A stretch of 64,000 nucleotides of DNA, taken from Chrysomallon squamiferum (taxonomy: Eukaryota; Animalia; Mollusca). The position numbers were made by a program, and so were the translations under genes. The notes below the pieces were generated by a model. The model ran no database searches. It was given only the letters and a program-made list of their open reading frames with translations, and was not told the DNA's origin. Shown here piece after piece: positions 40,730-55,194 of the stretch. The stretch spans positions 6,448,001-6,512,000 of the forward strand of contig CM022673.1 in NCBI GenBank assembly GCA_012295275.1. Reading direction: 5' to 3'. Within the stretch, counting starts at the first letter, position 1. Each line of letters opens with the position of its first letter.

Positions 40730-41480
40730 TATCACCTTTGACATTTCGTTACACCAATCCAGGTATCGGTGTTAAAAACTTGTAGAGCAAAGATAGTTCT
40801 TCCGCCGGTTGTTAAATAGCGCACGTATTTTTGCAGCCTCGCCTCACTTAAGGCAGAATCTATTAACAAAATCCAGATTTTCGCTTCTCCGAGATCCGAG
40901 CGACATCGAGAATGGCGAAACAGTAAATGTTTTGTACTTTTGAACGAGGAATGCATGCTTTGTGTATTCGGCGCCACGTTGGTGTAGGAATTCGATCCGG
41001 CGAAAGTAGTTCGTCCGTTCTGTGTTGTGTTGTGTGAGAGAGCGAGAGAGAGATACCAGTGTGTATAATGGAGTATGGCTGACAGTAGTGGTCGGGACGT
41101 GACCGACTTCTTCCTACTAGATATTGGAAATACATGAACGGATTCTCGCAGAAACTCCTCTGGGGGTTCGCCAACACCTTCTAGGATGGAGCGATTTTGC
41201 AAACTGCTCGTGGTGTGCGGATTTTTGTCGTTCTGCGAAGGTAAGTTAACGAGGAGGCCTCTTCTCGGTGTTTACCGTTGTATTATATGCATGTACAGTT
41301 CGGACTAGGGCAGAGTGCAGATGGCCCGCTTGCCCGATCCCGTTACGATTTTTCCACTGTTTTTCTTTATGTTCTCTTCAGACTGGCCAGTCGCCTAACA
41401 GTATCTGATGTTATTATTGTGTAAATAAAACACGTTCATGTGTATTCTGTAAAAAAAAAAATCGGCATCCGTCGCCATTT
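40730..41480 (+). promoter_or_regulatory. CpG-enriched promoter/5'UTR region of LRP5/6
   Basis: CpG-rich stretch around exon 1, with YY1-like ATGGCG motifs (40912; reverse near 41473). Confidence 0.55.
41186..41240 (+). CDS. LRP6: LRP5/6 exon 1, signal peptide ([18 protein letters not shown])
   Basis: aggATGG Kozak context, hydrophobic core, GAAG|gtaagt donor, phase 1 matches exon 2, CpG-rich surroundings. Confidence 0.85.
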
Positions 41481-42185
41481 TAGCGATCTTTATTTTTGGC
41501 TATTTTTTTTATAGGATATGGACGAAACTTTTTTTTTCCCCTCACTCTCATCTCGTATTCTCGAAACCGTCTGGAGGTTAATCTTTAGAACGGATCTTCG
41601 AAATTATCGTGAACATTTTTTTCTTTAAGCTTGTATCATTCAGTTATATTTAAACGGATGGTTATTGGTGGCTTTTTTTTCTCTCACTTTTTTTTTTTTT
41701 AAGGGAAGGGGGAGCAAAGGAAAGTAAAACATTTAATTGTGTATTCAATAAACAAACTCGATTACCGTCTTGCTGTCCATTCGTTGATCACGTGATTACA
41801 ATAGTTGTTGGGGGTCCCGATTAACGCATACTTCTGAAGTATCACCAATCGCACAAGATAACGTTAATTGGACGGAATTATCTTTGGATTATCTAACGGT
41901 ACTATACTTAATTAGAATAATTGCATTTAAATGATAGTGCACGCGACAGCCATGCAATCACCAACTTAAGTGTGTAATATATTTGAGGGCTAACTGATAA
42001 AACAATTAACCTGATTAAACATGTATAACTATGCTTATGAACTGCAGTAATTTCATTGTTAATTAAGGTATATTGTTTTAGTCAATTCAACACGTTTAAT
42101 ACTGTGTGATTACTTGTACATGAAAATTAAATTAACGAAAAATGTATTGTTAATTTACTAGATTTAAAACAACTAAGACATTATT

Positions 42186-42216
<31 letters not shown>

Positions 42217-42255
42217 ATCAAATTTAAGATATACTGTTTATTAAAATAAAAACTG

Positions 42256-42292
<37 letters not shown>

Positions 42293-44164
42293 AAATAAAT
42301 AAAACCCAGTGAATATGTAATTTTATATAAATATTATTTATTACAGATATAAAATTAAAGGAGAAAATGTATAAAAATATTTTAAAAAAAATGTTTAATC
42401 AGACATTTCGTTAGCAGTGTGTAGTATCTTTAACTTCACAGTATGTTTGAATTATTAAATTATAAAATAACAAATAAATAAAAGTAAATAAATAAATAAT
42501 TAAATAAATAAATAAGAAGACGATATAAAATTAATAATAATAAAGTAAAACAGAACTAATAATTAAAAAGTAAAATAAAATAAAAAAAACTGTTTAATAA
42601 TAATAAAAACACAGAATACGAGTAACACATACAATACACTCACAGTGAAGGTCACTTGAACCATAAGCTGTAAATTAAGTACAAGTATCAGTTATGTAAC
42701 TATTATTAGGTAAAAAGCTGAGCAGACTGTCAAGAGTGATAAATGGCTGTTTTGAAAACACTGTATTGCAGTTAATTCTTTCATCATTGTTTTAAAAACT
42801 TCCATTTCAACGTTGGAAGAGCATACAGTAAAGGAGATCCAGATTCTGCATATTTTTTAAAAGAAAAATAACAGTTATCTGATTTTTAGAAGATTACTTT
42901 TTCTTGCTTTTTTTTTTTCAGTGCAGTGATTGTTGTAAAGCATATCTATCTGTCCATATATTGTTGTAAAAATCCATAGTTTACTATCATAAAATAATCC
43001 ATTTTTATCTAATTATCAATCTATCTATCTATCTATCTATCTATCCATGCATCAATTAATCCATTCATCTCTATGCCTATCTACCTATCTGCCTATGCAG
43101 AAAGTTAGAACTGCAGCCTCCCTGTACATAAATATTAATGAAAAATATTTTCCATTTTATAAATATGATGTAACTTCCATCAGAAAAGGTTTGATTGGAG
43201 GAAATTATACTTTCTGAACTTCTACAGTTTCATCATGCATATTAAAAGAGGACAAAATTTTTAACATGAATACAAAACAGATTTATTCTAGTAGCTAGTA
43301 TCAATTTAAAAAAAAATTTGTTTTCAGTACTTCATTTAAATTTCAAAATGCTGAGGTATTCTTACACAAAGGAAAATGTTGCCTGTTTTCGTTTTGCTCT
43401 TTATTTTAATGAATATGTTTAGCTTGTTGTCAATGCACTCAATGGAAATAGCTGTATTTGTTGTATAAAATGGATAGCTTTTGCATACATTTATATCCCT
43501 GGGTTGAAATAACACGTACATGCATACGTGCATAAATACACACATGCACACACATACAAATATATATATATACATATAATGTACTTAAATGTTTTATATT
43601 AAATATATGTACATTTCAGAATATATATATATATATAAAGAGCAATATATTAATTCTGAAATATTAATTTTGTGATTTAAAAAACATTTTAAAATGTTAA
43701 TGTCCACATAATACTAACAGAATGCGTGACTCATTTTGCATCTACATTTCTGCATGCTTTTTGCACTGAATATAATCCCTTTGTAATATAGTAGTATGTA
43801 ATAGTTCTCATGTGATGATGTTACTCAGTGCCTGTACTGCTTCTGATGCTCCTAGATAAACTTGACTAGTTTATGATGGGTTGTTGACATTAAAAAAAAA
43901 TCTTGCCTTGTGTCTTTGATCTGTGGGTGATAGTTGGCATAACAAAAAAAAAAAAAAATTCAGTGATATTCTGTGTTACATGGCAGTTACAAAATTCAAA
44001 TTTATGTGTTAGTTCGTAGTTCTTTGTAGGTGTAAGAAAAATGTATCCCAAACAATAATATTTTGTATTGCTAACCTTTAAAAAATATACATATGTTCAT
44101 GTTTCGTAACTAGTTGTTACAATAAAACAAACAAACAAACAAACCCCCACCCCACCAAAAAAAA

Positions 44165-44195
<31 letters not shown>

Positions 44196-44586
44196 GAAAA
44201 AGTGTAATAATATTCTATATTATATAATAAATTTTAAATATAAATATATTCATGGCCAATAGATTGTAACAAAGTGCCACCCCTTACCCCTCCCAAAAAA
44301 ACCCCAACCTTTCCAAGAAACAAACAAATAAATAAATAAAACAACCCCTTCCTCAACAAAAAAAAAAAACAAAAAACTATGTGTAATAATAATCAGTATT
44401 ACATGGCAGTTATTAATTTGGCTATAGTCTGTGGTTTGTTGTTGGCACTTGCGATAGCTGCACATGGCAGTCAGAATGAGCAATATCAAATGTCATTACA
44501 TGGTTAAAAGTCCCAGGCTTTGGTTTCATGGCATTTTCCATTTATATATCTAGCTGTCAGAATAGCTCAAGCAAGTCTGTATGGGG

Positions 44587-44624
<38 letters not shown>

Positions 44625-45292
44625 GAAACATTTGTTTTACAACTTGTTGCCTCATTTTAGGGGTTTTTTTTAGGTTTTTTTTTACTTCTTAAGGAATGTA
44701 TTGAAAAGTACAAATTACAAATGAAATTTAAAAAAAAAAAAAAAACCCACACCCCCTCCCCCCAAGATTATATATAACTTGACTGAGTAGGTATTTGAGT
44801 TAATTAAGTTGGTATTTTGGGGGACTTAATGATAGTTTGAAAGTGCAGTACCTTTTTTTTTTAATGTTTATTTTTTTAAACTTTTTATTTAAATCAGAAT
44901 TTGTTGGAATTCATGACTCATCTGATCTAATTCTAATTTTGTTCTGAATCTGATAAATAAAATACTCTGGTTTGGATGGGAAAATGAAAATGTGAAGAGG
45001 CAGAGGAAATTAACTCTTTTCATTGGGTCTTTTTAAAAAAAAAATTATCAGTTTTTAAACAAATATTAATACATTGTGAGGCTATATAAATTATTGTTAC
45101 ACAGTAATAATGGTAATAAATACATTGTAACAACAGTGTAATTGTTAATAGTATAACATTGTTAGACTGTATCAACAGTGTACTTTATAACAGTTTAACA
45201 TCATGAATAACAATATTACTACCACTGCACTGTATAACAGAACTGACTATAGTATGTAATAAAAGTAGTTATGGTAGTGTAGAAGCAGCAGC

Positions 45293-45326
<34 letters not shown>

Positions 45327-48217
45327 CAGGTAATAATGATTTTTATAATTAGGAAGAAGAAGAAAACAAATATCTACTCAAACTTTGTCCAAAAAGGTTA
45401 AACATTTATTATTTATCAGAAAAATACACATCATTTCCATTCTTCTTTGTTTATCTAATAGAATAGCAAATACCATCATCTTTAGCAACAACAACGATAT
45501 AGTAATAAAATTAATAATAATGATAGTAATAATAATAATATAATAGAAGTAGAAATAACAACAACAACAACAACAGTATTAATAATAAAAATACAACTGC
45601 TACTACCACAACTACTTCTACTACTACTACTACTAATAATACTACTACTACTACTACTAATAATAATAATAGTACTAGTAGTAATAAGCAAATCACTTCA
45701 AGACTGAATCCAAAAAGGCTAAAAGCTGTTGGAAGCAGTTGGTTCACGCAGAGTGTTAACCTCTGTACCTGTGTGTTTATCTAGTAGTAACAGCTGGGCT
45801 GTGTTGTTTTTCCACTGCGGAATGCATGTTGATCATCTTGAAAGATGTCAGCCAAAAATATCAAGCTTTAGTGGGATTTTGTGCCGTGTTAATGGTCTGG
45901 GCAGAAGGCATGTGCTAAAAACTCTGCTGCTGGTTATCACATGATGATGTCTGCGCAGTAAAACTCCTATTAGCTTGTTTATCACTTACCTGTCATAATC
46001 TGACCTCAGTGAACAGAAAACATCTTTTCACTGTGTGTGTTTCCGTTTTTTTGTGAACACATGGGTGCCTCCATTTTTGTGAACATGGGTGCCTGTGTGT
46101 GTGTGTGTGTGAATGAATGCCTGATTTGCATATATATATGTCTGTGTGTGTGTATGTGTCTGTGTGTGTGTGTGATTCCGTTTTTGTGAACATGGGTGCC
46201 TGTGTATATGAATGAATGCCTGATTTGCATATATATGTCTGTGTGTATGTGTGTGTGTGTTTCCGTTTTTGTGAATATGGGTGCCCGTGTGTATGAATGA
46301 ATGCCTGAATTGCATCTATATCAGTGTGTGTGTGTGTCTGTGTGTTACGAGTGTGTGTGTGTGTGTGTGTGTGTGTCTAGATGTCTCTGTGTGTTTGAGT
46401 GACCCTGTGTATGTATTTGTATGTTAAAATGCATGTACATTTTTATAAATACATACATAATATCCAAATATATTAATCTACAATTTATGTTTTCATAATT
46501 ATGTACTTTGTTAAAATATTTTAATGGCTGTAGGTTGTGTAGGATTTTATTTCCATGTAGTTAATGAAATAGTATATTTTTATTATTAATATTCTGTTTT
46601 TTCCCTAATCCATGTCCAACCTTCATTTCATTTCTCTTCTTATTTACTTATGATTGCTCTTCTTGCAAAACTTTTTTTCTAGTTCCAGACAAATTCAAAC
46701 ACACACCTGGTGTTTTCATTATTTTATGAACAATGCATTTCTCATTATGAACTGATTTATCTTATTTCACATTCCACGCCAGTTTTTGTTTTTATTGTCT
46801 AAAATTTAAATGAATAATAATAATAATAATAATAATGTTGATCATGATATGTTTTGCACATTCCAGTACCAGTATTATTTCAGGACAGAAATATCAGTTT
46901 TCCTTTTTCTCCAAAACATTCTGGTCATGTTAATCAATGCATATATATATATATATATTCTTGTATGTACTGCCTTGTTGGAAGATATGAATATTGGTAA
47001 TAATTTATGTTTATTTAACTGTGTTTTTTTTTTTTTTTGGCAATCATTTTAAGACATTATAAACCATATTCACTATTAGGTGTTAAATAATGACACAGTG
47101 GAACAAGAAGAAAGCCAGTATTTCTGGCACTAACAACCAAAGTTACAATTTAATCTTTGTAGTGTGACAAGAGAATTTCCTGTTTCCAGGAAATTTACGA
47201 TTCAGAGTTTAATACCTACTCTGTCTGTCTACATACATTTTGATGTGGAGATTTGCAAGTTGTGCTTTGTTAGATAAATTTTCACCTGAATGTGGTTTAG
47301 CAGTGTAAATCTTTTCATTTATCATTGAGGGTAGCTTGACATTTGAGAGATATCTTTTGAAAAATTAAGCTAAATTATCAGATCTTGGAATGTAGACTAT
47401 ACACATCCTGTATATTTCTGAATTTTGTATTTTTAGGAGAATAGCATAACCGAAAATAACAAAATATAAAACGTAACTGGCAACTTTTAATTCTTCCTTC
47501 ATTATTAATGATTTTTTCAGATTTTTTAAACATACGTTATTTATTTAAATTACAGTGTGGGAGGTGTTAATATATTCATCATGTATTTAAAAAAAAAAAA
47601 TATATAACAAAATATTCAAAGCTCTTCTTGGTTAAATCTGCAGACAGGAAATTCTCACCAAGCTAATAATGTGCATTGAAAAATTATTTTATTTGATTTT
47701 ATTTGACTTCAATGCATGTGAGCCAGGCTACAAAGATCTGACACACACACACACACACAGACACACATGTGTGTGCACATATACACACAGATAGACATGT
47801 GCATGCACGCACGCACATACGCACATACACACACTAGTACAAGCACCTGTCATCACTTAGGTGACACGGGTTTGTTTACACAGGGGCGTGGTGACAAAAT
47901 GGCAGCTTTTCAGGTTGTTTATTATCAGGTCACAGAGTGAGAGTGGCTCACTGAGGAGTCGGAACAACGTCTAGTTTACTTTTCACATACACAGTTTATC
48001 TTGGGCAAGTTTTGCTTCCTTTATTTTTAAAACTTTTTATTATTTTTTTTTTTTGAAAACCTTCACATATAAAATTGTTGTTTTTTCCTCCCAAAGTGAT
48101 AAAGTTTTATCTTTAAAAAATTGAAGCATCTCTTTATCATTCTTGTTTTGTTTTGTTTATTTATTTATTTACTGTTATTTTTTTGTTGTTTTTTTTTTGT
48201 TGTTGTTGTTGTTGTGG

Positions 48218-48251
<34 letters not shown>

Positions 48252-48554
48252 TGTTGTTATTGTGTTTCCCTTCTTAAAAACACTAACAGAGTCTTCCAAT
48301 TTTATTTTACTCAGTTTTGCTTCAGCGTGCTTCCTATTCTTTTGTTTTTCCTTCTTATTTTTAATATTTTTGTTTTATTTTATTTCTTATTAATATTCCT
48401 CTTTAATTAGACACCAGCAACTACTTTATTTTCAATAATATGTTATTTTATTTTGTTATTATATTATTATTTCTCTTTAATAAGAAACCAACATCAGCTT
48501 TAATTTCCTTTTTTTATCATCATGTTTTTGTATGGTTATTTATAATATGCATGT

Positions 48555-48609
<55 letters not shown>

Positions 48610-51600
48610 CACACACACACATGCTTACATTTGATATATTTTGTTGTAAGTTCCTCCCCTACGGAGAGCACCGCCAGTAAGTCTGTGATTAGAAATATAT
48701 GGGATGTCAAGAATTGTTATCAGTGTGGTTTTCAGAGTTCATCTGGCACCAAATTATCATGCCAGAGAAGAAAAATATAACAGCATCTTGTTGCCATAGC
48801 AATAAGCATGCATTTTAAAATATGTTCCGTAGGAGATAACGAGAAATTTAAACCAGCTGATGTGAGAAAATGCCTGAATAAGACATTTTCAAAACATTAG
48901 AAATAAATAAATGAATTAATGACATATGAAAGTTTATTTTTTTTTAAAAAACTGTTTGACTCTGCAAACAATAATATTCATAAAACTGTTTAATAAAAAA
49001 CACATTCAACTGTAAACTGTATTTTAAAAGTCATGTTATATTGAAGTTTCACATGCAAGCAGTGTAGTTATTAACTGCTCAGTGACAGATACAGAAGCAC
49101 ATATACACGTATTGTTCACCGATATGTCAAAATATAATTTAATGTCTAACTGATGTTGTGTCACAATGAAAAAAACAATTTGAAAAGAAAAAAATACAAT
49201 AAGTAATAAAAAAAGAATTCAGTGTTGTAGAACAAGTAGAAAAAGAAAAATTTAACAATAACAAAAAGAACCACATTATATTTAAAAAAAAAAAAAAACC
49301 AACAACAAAAAAAGATATTCACCCCCTGCAAAAAATACTAACCCCCCCCTTAAAAAAAAATCCAACAACTAAACAAAACAAATGCCAGTAAATGAATAAG
49401 AAATACAATGAAAATTATATCTTAATTTATCTGCATGCCAAGATATTTTCTTTCATTTCTTTCTTTCTGAATTTTTTTTTTTCCTTTGTATTTCAGCAAT
49501 GAATAGTTATATGACATTTCTTGATAAGAATTTCTGTTGTATAATTATCCCAGGATAATTTTTTTTTTTTTTTTTTTTTTTTTTCTGTGAGAAAGTAGCA
49601 GTCCTAGTTGTTGTGTGTGTTTTTTTGTTTGAAAAGAATATAATGGATGGTTTGTTGTATCTACTGTGATTTTGATTCATGCACTGATGTGTTTTGTGAA
49701 TGGATTGTCCTAACCCTGTGTAGCCAGTGCAGGTTTTTTCTTCACAGACCAAACTGGTGTATATATATATATATTAGCAGACAAAACCTGTACATACACT
49801 AAACCTGATCATACGTTAAACCTATAAATACAGGCCCCTAAAATGTTTATACTGGTATATGTGTGTATACAGACAAATCCTGTGTTCAAATAAAACCTTT
49901 TATATACAGACCCAAAATGTTTATACTCATATAATTGCGTGTATACAGACAAAACCTGTGTACAAACAAAACCTTATATATACAGGCCTAAACATACATA
50001 CATGTATATGCACACATATGTACATATACATACATATATACATACATACACATTAAATCTGGGGATACAGACAAAAGTCTATAAAACACATTTATACTAA
50101 ACCTAAATATACTTAACAAACTTTATATACAGACAAAACCTTTTGAAGGAACTAACTTGTCTGTTGTGTATATGTACTGTTTAATCATCTGCATGGAACA
50201 AACCTATTAGAACAGACCAGACTCAAATCATACAATTTAAGGAACTCGTTTATTTGTTCATTATGATCACAACACTAAGAGTTAAGAAAGGAACCCCACT
50301 TGAACAACACATTAACATCATGTGAACTCTTTCATACATCTTTCCATGCACCGAAAAGCAAAACAGCACGTGCAAACAGTCACGGAGGGGCTCTGGTTGG
50401 AATGGGAAATGAATCGATTAGTACGCCGACGGAGAAGTGATTAAAAACTGTGGACCCCCGCAGGCGAGAGTGCTAATCAAAGCACCAGTCGGCCTCTGAC
50501 TGCTGGTCACATGCAAATGATTTATTCAGCGCCCAGGAGTTGTGAAAAGTGATATTCTTTTTTTCCTATACAATGACGGATCAATTGAACCGGGCATGGA
50601 ATTCGAGGAAATCTTTTGTTGTGCAAATTTCCAGATTTCTCTCGCCTGTCACTAAGTACCAGTGACCCCAGTGTGGCACGCGCTGCCTTACGTCTTTCAA
50701 GTATTATTATTATTTTATTTTTTTATTTTATTTTATTTTTTTTCCTTCACGTTTTTGTTTGGGTTTATAACATTCATTTGATAAATAATTTATTCATTAG
50801 ATATTTTTATATATTTTTTTATTTCTTCTAGCTGCTTTACAAAAACTACTACTACTACTACTACTACTACTATTACTACTACTACTACTATACTTCTACT
50901 ACTACCACTACTACTACTGCTACTTCTACTACTACCACTACTACTACTAATAATAATAATGCAAAGAAAATAAAAGAAAATAACTTCCCTTAAAATCAAT
51001 ATAATTATACTCCTGTATAATAATAGTAAATATAACAAACAAAAAATTGGTGAAAGAAAGATCTTGCATATATCAGAATTACTTAATTTTTGTTAAGAGA
51101 GAGAAACTAAAACTTACGCAAAACGCCTCCAAAAGCAGAACTTACCTTGAAAACAGTATTTTAGAGGCCAAAACATGTATTAATAACATAAAACACATTA
51201 AATAAATGAAAATCATATCAAAACTGTACAATACTTTAATACTATAATAAAAAAAAAAACCAACAACAATCTGGCAGTAAATAAATAATTATAACAAAAT
51301 ATCCTCCTTCCAACTGGTTTTCAAAACCTGACTTTGAGAGATGTGAATGGAAAGAGGCAGTAACTGATAGCAATTCTTTAGTCTGTTGTAAAAGAAACTG
51401 GCTATTTTTAGCACACACAACCCCCCCCCATATATATATATATATTTTTTTTTTCTTAACAAGATAGCGGTCTCTTACTGTGTGTGTTCTGAGAAACAAT
51501 CAGGTAGCATCCCACACACACAAACTCTGCCTTGCTGTGGGAGGAGGTGTGTGAATACTTCTGAAGATCTTGCTGCATGAGTTGCATTAATATATATGTT

Positions 51601-54541
51601 TAATCTTGCTGTGGAGGGTGTGTTAGTACTTTCAAATCTTGCTGTGGAGGGTGTGTTAGTACTTTTAAATCTTGCTGTGGAGGGTGTGTTACTACTTTTA
51701 AATCTTGCTGTGGAGGGTGTGTTACTGTTTTAAAATCTTGGTGTGGAGGGTGTGTTACTGTTTTAAAATCTTGGTGTGGAGGGTGTGTTAGTATTTTTAA
51801 ATTTTGCTGTGGAGGGTGTGTTATTGTTTTTAAATCTTGTGCTGTGGAGGGTGTGTTAGTATTTTTAAATCTTGATGTGGAGGGTGTGTTAGTATTTTAA
51901 ATCTTGCTGTGGAGGGTGTGTTAGTATTTTTAAATCTTGTGAAAGGTATGTCCATACACATTTTTTTATATTTTTTTTAATTTTGTTAACATTTTTTTTA
52001 AGGATCTTGCATTTCAACAACAACAAAAAAAGTATTATTATTATTTATTTTTTTTGATTACACCAAAATATCTTTCTAAATTAAGGTTATATATAAAACA
52101 TTTTAAACCTTGCTGTGGAACGCATGTAAAAAAAAAACACCTACAAATATTTTAATCCTTTGCTGTGGAAGGTGTCCACAACACACTGTAGTACCTTGCT
52201 GTAGAGGGTATATGTGTGTAAAATCCTCTCTTAAGGATGGTGCCTGCCATAATACTTTTTTTTTTTTTTTTTTCTTTCTGAAACAGCTGTGAAGGGTTCG
52301 TGTCAAAATTGCACCCACTGTTGGCTTTGCTTGCCTTCTGACACATTGGCAACAGGCCAGGCGGCTGAATGAAGCGGGTCTGTGGGCAAATCCACTGTGT
52401 CATGGATGTGGTTTTTCATGTCAGGCTCTGGTTACAGTTTTTGACATGGCCTGGGTCAAGGGGATTAGACTGTCATTTAGTGTTATGGTCTGTTTCAGAA
52501 TACTCACACTAATTGTTTGTTTTTTTGTGGAGGTTTTTGTTTTTTTTAGTTATTACTGTAATTATTTATTTATTTATTTATTTATTTTTTATTTTTTTAT
52601 TTTTAATTTTTTAAAGTATGTTATTTTTTTTATTTTTTTGTTTGATTAATGTGAAATGTCTAGGTAACAGATTACAGAAATAAAAGGTGTGGAGAAAGAT
52701 ATTTCTTTTTTTTTCCATTGTTTTGTCGTTACCAAGCAGATGTGTGTGAATGGCAGGACAGATGAGTATCAGGCCTGAGTACAGAGGTGGGGTTTGTGTG
52801 GGAGGGAGAATGAAAGAGATCATTTGCATATGAACAAAAAGTTTGAGGCATCATGCTGCAGCTTTGGTCAGTTTACCTGTTTCAGCCATATTGGTGATGC
52901 AGGGTTGTTCTTCCTTAATGCACTAATTAAACATTTTCCATTCCAACCAGTACTCGATAATTATTTTGTTATGTCTGTTTGACATACGTGTGTATGCATG
53001 CATGTATGTATGTGTGTGTATATATATGTGTGTGTGTGTGTGTGAATGTGTTGGTATATGTGTATGTGTGTTATTTATGTATGTATTCATTCAAAATGTA
53101 TGTGTGTGTGTGTGTGTGCGTGCGTGCGTGTGTGTATTAGTATTAATTGATCTACGAGTGTTGTATGATGATACAAGAAAAACACTAGATTTAAAATTTA
53201 ACCTTTGCAGTATGACAATAATTTCTATCCATGAAATATATGATACAGAGTTTCTGTCTATATATATTTTGATGTGAAGATTCATAAGTTATGGTTAGTT
53301 AGATAGATATTCACCTAAATGATGTTTAGCAGTGTAAATTTGTGTGTGTCTTCTGTTTCAGAGATACTGAGAGAAGTATTAATTATTAATCAGTTTAGAG
53401 TAACATAAAAATGACTCACACAGGTATATTTAAAGGTATGGGAAATTCACATGAAACTCTGTGATTAAGTATTAAAGTATATTTACAATCTGTTTCCAGT
53501 TTAGATAATGCTTAAGAGTGGTTCTGTTATGTTTATATACACAGTTTAAAGAGAAGGAAAAAAAAGAATGTTAAGGAGTAAAGTTTATTGAACTGATTTA
53601 TATATGTGATATTTGTTAGATATATTTATGTGGGTATTGTGTGTTTGACTATAGCTTGTACACTTTAGTATATGTCTGTCAATAAATTTTTAAAATATTT
53701 TATATATTGTCAGCCCTTGCATGAAGTTGAGTGTGTATGTTTGCGTGTGTGTGTGCATATATATACAGATGTGTTTCATGTATTAATAAAGTTACTGTAT
53801 ATCAGATTATCTAAACTGAAAATGATCCCAAAACTCCAGTATACTTTTACACATATACAAATGTGGTTATATATTACACAATACCAACCAGGAAGCAAAC
53901 AGAGGTAATGCCAACATGATTTCAGTTCTTTCAGATATTTCTGAAAAGTATAATAAATCTCACCCACACACATAGAAAGAGAAACAACCATACAGAAACA
54001 TATATGCATGTAACAAATGAATACATAAAAGCATAATTTCAGTCATAAATATTGCGATAGGTCATGAAAAAATGTACATTCTGTATTAAAAACGAAGACA
54101 CTTGAAATATAAATATAATGTTTTCTGTTTTGTTTTCAGCTTCTCCGATGCTTCTGTTTGCAAATCGCAAGGACATACTGATTATTGATGCTCAGAATGC
54201 TCAAGGAAACTCGACAGTCGTCATTTCCAATCTCGAAGACGCGGCTGCAGTTGATTTTATCTTCAGTGACGGTGCTATTTACTGGACTGACGTCAGTCTG
54301 GAAGTCATCAAACGAACATACATCAATGATTCGCAAACTAGTTTTAATGTCATAGACACCGGACTTGTCTCCCCTGACGGGCTGGCCTGTGATTGGCTGG
54401 GTAGGAAGTTGTACTGGTCTGATGCGGAAACTAATCGGATTGAAGTCAGTAATTTGGATGGGTCGTTCAGGAAAGTGCTTTTCTGGGAGAATTTGGATCA
54501 GCCTCGTGCCATTGCTTTAGATCCACCAAATGGGTGAGTAA

Positions 54542-54572
<31 letters not shown>

Positions 54573-55145
54573 ACAGTGAAACCTCCCCAAACTGAAACAG
54601 TATCAAGATCAGGTAATAAGTCGAGTTTGGAGAGGTGTCCGTTTTGCTGAGGTTTTTCATTTTAGTAATCGATAAAACAGAGGATATTGGAAATGATTTG
54701 ATTTTTAACAAATTCACATTTTGAGAAGTTTCACTGTCTGTATATTTGAAATAACACGTTGTCAAATGGATTGTCTGTAAGGTATGTAATGCCAAGAAAA
54801 ATTAAGGTATATTGATTTTTTAATTAGAGTTTTCAGGAAAAAGGAACAAATTTTTATACAACATTATCTATAAGGTTAACAACCTTGTGAAGATGAAAAG
54901 AAGAAGCCTTCTGCACCTGTATGGGATCCTTTTTGTGTACTTTATACCTGTACAAAGATACCCACATGTCCACAGAAGTGTGTGTGTGTGTGTGTGTGTG
55001 TGTATGCATATATTTACATTCAGATGGACACAGACACACACACACATACACATTCACTTATATTATAAAACAAAAGGTGACTGTCATACATTATTATTCT
55101 AAAATTTGTCTTTCTCTTTTTTTTTTTCTCCTGTATCTCTCTCTC

Positions 55146-55194
<49 letters not shown>

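Noticed and set aside
40732-41202. 156-aa and 104-aa minus-strand ORFs over the LRP5/6 promoter
   Set aside because: Explained by stop-codon depletion in a GC-rich region; no recognisable motifs.
51600-51945. Regular 33-bp array (and the 44-bp array at 56270-56740) as CRISPR-like
   Set aside because: Head-to-tail units without unique spacers, eukaryotic intron, no cas genes.
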